From Callorhinchus milii (lineage: Eukaryota), in NCBI RefSeq assembly GCF_018977255.1, contig NW_024704755.1:15190001-15254000 (forward strand): 64,000 nucleotides of DNA. The letters are read 5' to 3'. This document shows, one piece after another, positions 61,183 to 64,000 of this stretch. The translations under genes were made by a program, and so were the position numbers. The notes under the pieces are model-generated. The model made no database searches. It had not been told where the DNA came from and saw only the letters and a program-made list of their open reading frames with translations. Positions within the stretch are counted from its first letter, which is position 1. Each line of letters opens with the position of its first letter.

Positions 61183-62195
61183 CTTGTTTAGCATCAGATA
61201 CAGGGTAAATCGCGATATTGGAGTCTTGAGGCATATGTGAGATACCAGACAGGTGTAAACAGCCCTACTCCAGACAGGTTGTATCTCTTCCAAGGAGCTT
61301 GAAGCATTATAAACTCTCCCATCTCTCCCAAGTTGCTTGCTTGTATTGACAAACAAATCATTTTTATCATCTTTATACCAAGTGGCAATGATATCCTCTG
61401 GGTAAACACTGCTGTGCTGCCTCATTTCACTCACAAAGTATGCAGTCAATTCACTTGACAGTATATTCTGTGAAGCAGTTTCAGACGTCTCAAAGATGAG
61501 ATTAGGCAATATACCAAATGCAAAGATTATTATTATTATTAAATATTATTATTATTATTTAGGGAATTTCATTTACATTAACACTAAAAGATATAGTGCA
61601 ATAATAAATGCAGATTGGCTGCAAATACTTATGATATTTAATTTATGCTGCGGTATTGAAAAAAAGTAGGATTGAAGACCCCTGTCATCTGGTTATTTAA
61701 GTTGAGATATATGTGGAAGAATAGGAGCCGTCACTTACTTACCATGGATAAGTGGTTATGATCCAGTTCCATTTGTAATTTCTCTTCTTCGATATGTCAC
61801 TGCACAGTAATAGGCTCCTGAGTCCTGGAGGTTGACACTAAGGAACTGCAAGAAAGCTTTCCCACTCTGGGTAAGGTATCATTTCCTGCTGTCTGAGCCC
61901 GGCTGGAGAAATTCATTCTCGCCCAGTTTCCACCATTCAACAGTCACACCAGAATTATCAGAAGGGGATAAAAAGTATCTGAAGGTAACATTGGCAGCTA
62001 CGATCACAGTAGAGCTTTCAGGGGTTCGGTCACTGTGAGGTGAGCAATGGTAACAACTATCAAAGATGAATACAATCCTTATGTTAAGTGTATGTAACAA
62101 AAATATAGAAAATATGGATTGAGAAAACAATATCAAATACCTGTGCGAATGGTGAGAATTACAAGCTACAGAAACACAATATGTTTCAAAATCAT
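61183..62195 (-). pseudogene. Locus E: pseudogene copy of gene B (leader 62141-62195, V 61743-62056, partial C1 61183-61407)
   Basis: TAG at leader codon 10; 1-nt deletion plus TGA (61879) and TAA in V; 5' part of C1 and its acceptor deleted; no TM exon found. Confidence 0.93.
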
Positions 62196-63579
62196 TTGCT
62201 CAATGTCAGTTGACGCTTGCTCCAAATAAATTCGAAGCTCCGATGGGTTTAGAAAAACTCAGTTTGTGTTTAATCGGATGCGAATCATAACGCAATTACA
62301 TGTGATATCACAGTAGTAAAACTGCGAAGCTGATGAATGAGTTTAAGAGGGTGAGATGCGCAGATGTAGATGTCCTTATTGGGCAATGTCCTTATTGTCC
62401 CAAGGCACTGGACAACCAATGCTTGAGACCAATGTTCTGTATATTCTGATGCATACTCTGGAGGTTGAACAGAATACAGCATTGTTATCAGGAACTCTGT
62501 ATTGCCTTAATCAACAACAAACAACAACAAAATTACATTTTTATAGCACCTTTCACGTCCCAAGGTGCTGAATCAGCTTAGTAGTCAGGATAATTGTGTT
62601 CTTTTACTTGTTAGAGAGTCAAATAAACATGTTCTGGAAGCTCTAATCACATACCGGAAGTTCCTTGTTTCAAATCAATTGGGATTAGTAATGGTACTGT
62701 TTATTATACTGACCGTAGCCCACAGAAGAAAGACATTGTAAGGTAAATCTGCTGCTCATATAATTCTCACATTGCCCAAGTGCCTTCCATAATCCTGAAC
62801 TTTCATAATAATTATCCTTTGATTTGAAATTTTTCACATCATGAGAACATAACATCGCGCTTCAGGTGATTTTTTGAAAGGAACAGTAGGTAAACAGTGT
62901 GTTATATACAGTCAAACCAATCTTCATCAAACACCCAGGGGCCTAAATATAAGGGTTTCTTCTGAATTAGGGTTCATTGTTGAGTGAACCGGGTTGTTCC
63001 AGGGCAGTTGTTAACTGGGGGTGTTTGCTGAATGGAGGTGGTTGCTTGAACAGGTTTGATTTACACAGAATGATAAATGCCAGTTATTGACTTCAACTGA
63101 ACCCTGATTACATTGGTACAATTGGGGCAATATATTTAGCGGATTAGTTGATGCCAAAAACTACAATAGGGAAGTCAGTGTCTTGGATAGAACCACATAG
63201 TTGATTGTAAAATTAGGAGACAATATATGTCCTAGATTACAATCATCACTGAGAGCTGTAAATATGGTATAATATAAGCTGTAAATAATGTATTGCCTAA
63301 CATGGCAAATGTAACATGTGTAATATTTAAAGAAAGAAATGGACAAGCTCCAAATCTTCTCCCCATGTTAAAGTGTACCCAAACCTGACTGAGGTTTCAA
63401 CATCTATACCACACCTAAGTATGGGAATTTTCCTGTGTCTGGAAAGGAAGGTATGCTGTCTCCCTTGAGGATCCTACACTGTTTACTTAATTCCATGGAG
63501 GTTTTAGCAGAGGTTGACAGAAGCCAGGATTTGGGGACCAGAATGAATGTTGGTTACTGCTGGAGATTAAACTGCTAAA

Positions 63580-64000
63580 ACAACAACAACAAGATTGCAT
63601 TTATAGAGCGCCTTTCACATCGGGAGGACGTCCCAAGGCGCTGGACTGTTGGGTCGGGACACGAGCAGGGGGGGCAATGGTCAGGGTGAGGGGAGGGAAG
63701 GGAGGGAGCGAGGAGGGAGTAGAGAGTCGAGAGGGGAGCTGAAGGCACGGTTGAAGAGAAAGGTCTTGAGACTGGCCTTGAAGGAGGAAAGGGAGGAAGC
63801 GGCGAAGGCACTGGGGGATGGAGTTCCAGAGCCTCGGGGCTGAGAGGCTGAAAGGGTGGTTAGGGCGTGGGATGTGGAGCAGACTGGAACCAGAGGAAGG
63901 GAGGGTACGGGCAGGTAAGTAAGGGGATAGTAGGTCGGAGAGGTAGGAGGCCGTAAAGGGCCTTCTAGGTGAGGATGAGGATCTTGAGTTCGATCCTCTG
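63580..64000 (-). mobile_element. L2 LINE 3' end, running out of the window
   Basis: Reverse complement of the L2 ORF2 C-terminus and (TTG)n tail. Confidence 0.9.

Noticed and set aside
14859-62056. Rearranging Ig/TCR locus
   Set aside because: Each V already contains its G strand and splice donor; the CACAGTG heptamers I checked (for example 26883, 38759) lack a nonamer at 12 or 23 nt

Overview
Vertebrate genomic DNA, AT-rich and repeat-rich. The tRNA/Deu-domain SINEs, L2 LINEs and shark-type CR1 tails suggest a cartilaginous fish, possibly a holocephalan (inference). Bases 341-6131 hold the last six coding exons of OGFOD1 (+). The rest (~14.5-62.2 kb) is an array of non-rearranging Ig-superfamily receptor genes built as leader / germline-joined VJ-type V / C1-set / TM / cytoplasmic exons, reconstructed by hand from splice sites and phases. 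Gene A (+) has a frameshift-compromised ITIM tail. Gene B (-) has an intact ectodomain and TM, but its ITIM/ITSM exon is destroyed by stops. Gene C (-) is fully intact with a SIRP-alpha-like four-tyrosine ITIM/ITSM tail. Locus D (-) is a copy of C's 5' half lying upstream of a decayed second C1 and an Arg-containing, activating-type TM exon; its V exon was destroyed by an inversion-deletion. E is a pseudogene copy of B, and there are two further V remnants. The set looks like a SIRP/NKp30-like paired-receptor family with inhibitory, non-signalling and activating members and an antigen-receptor-like V-J-C1 ectodomain. No RSS, CRISPR array or genuine RNA gene was found. Family assignment needs phylogeny, and splice models need RNA-seq.
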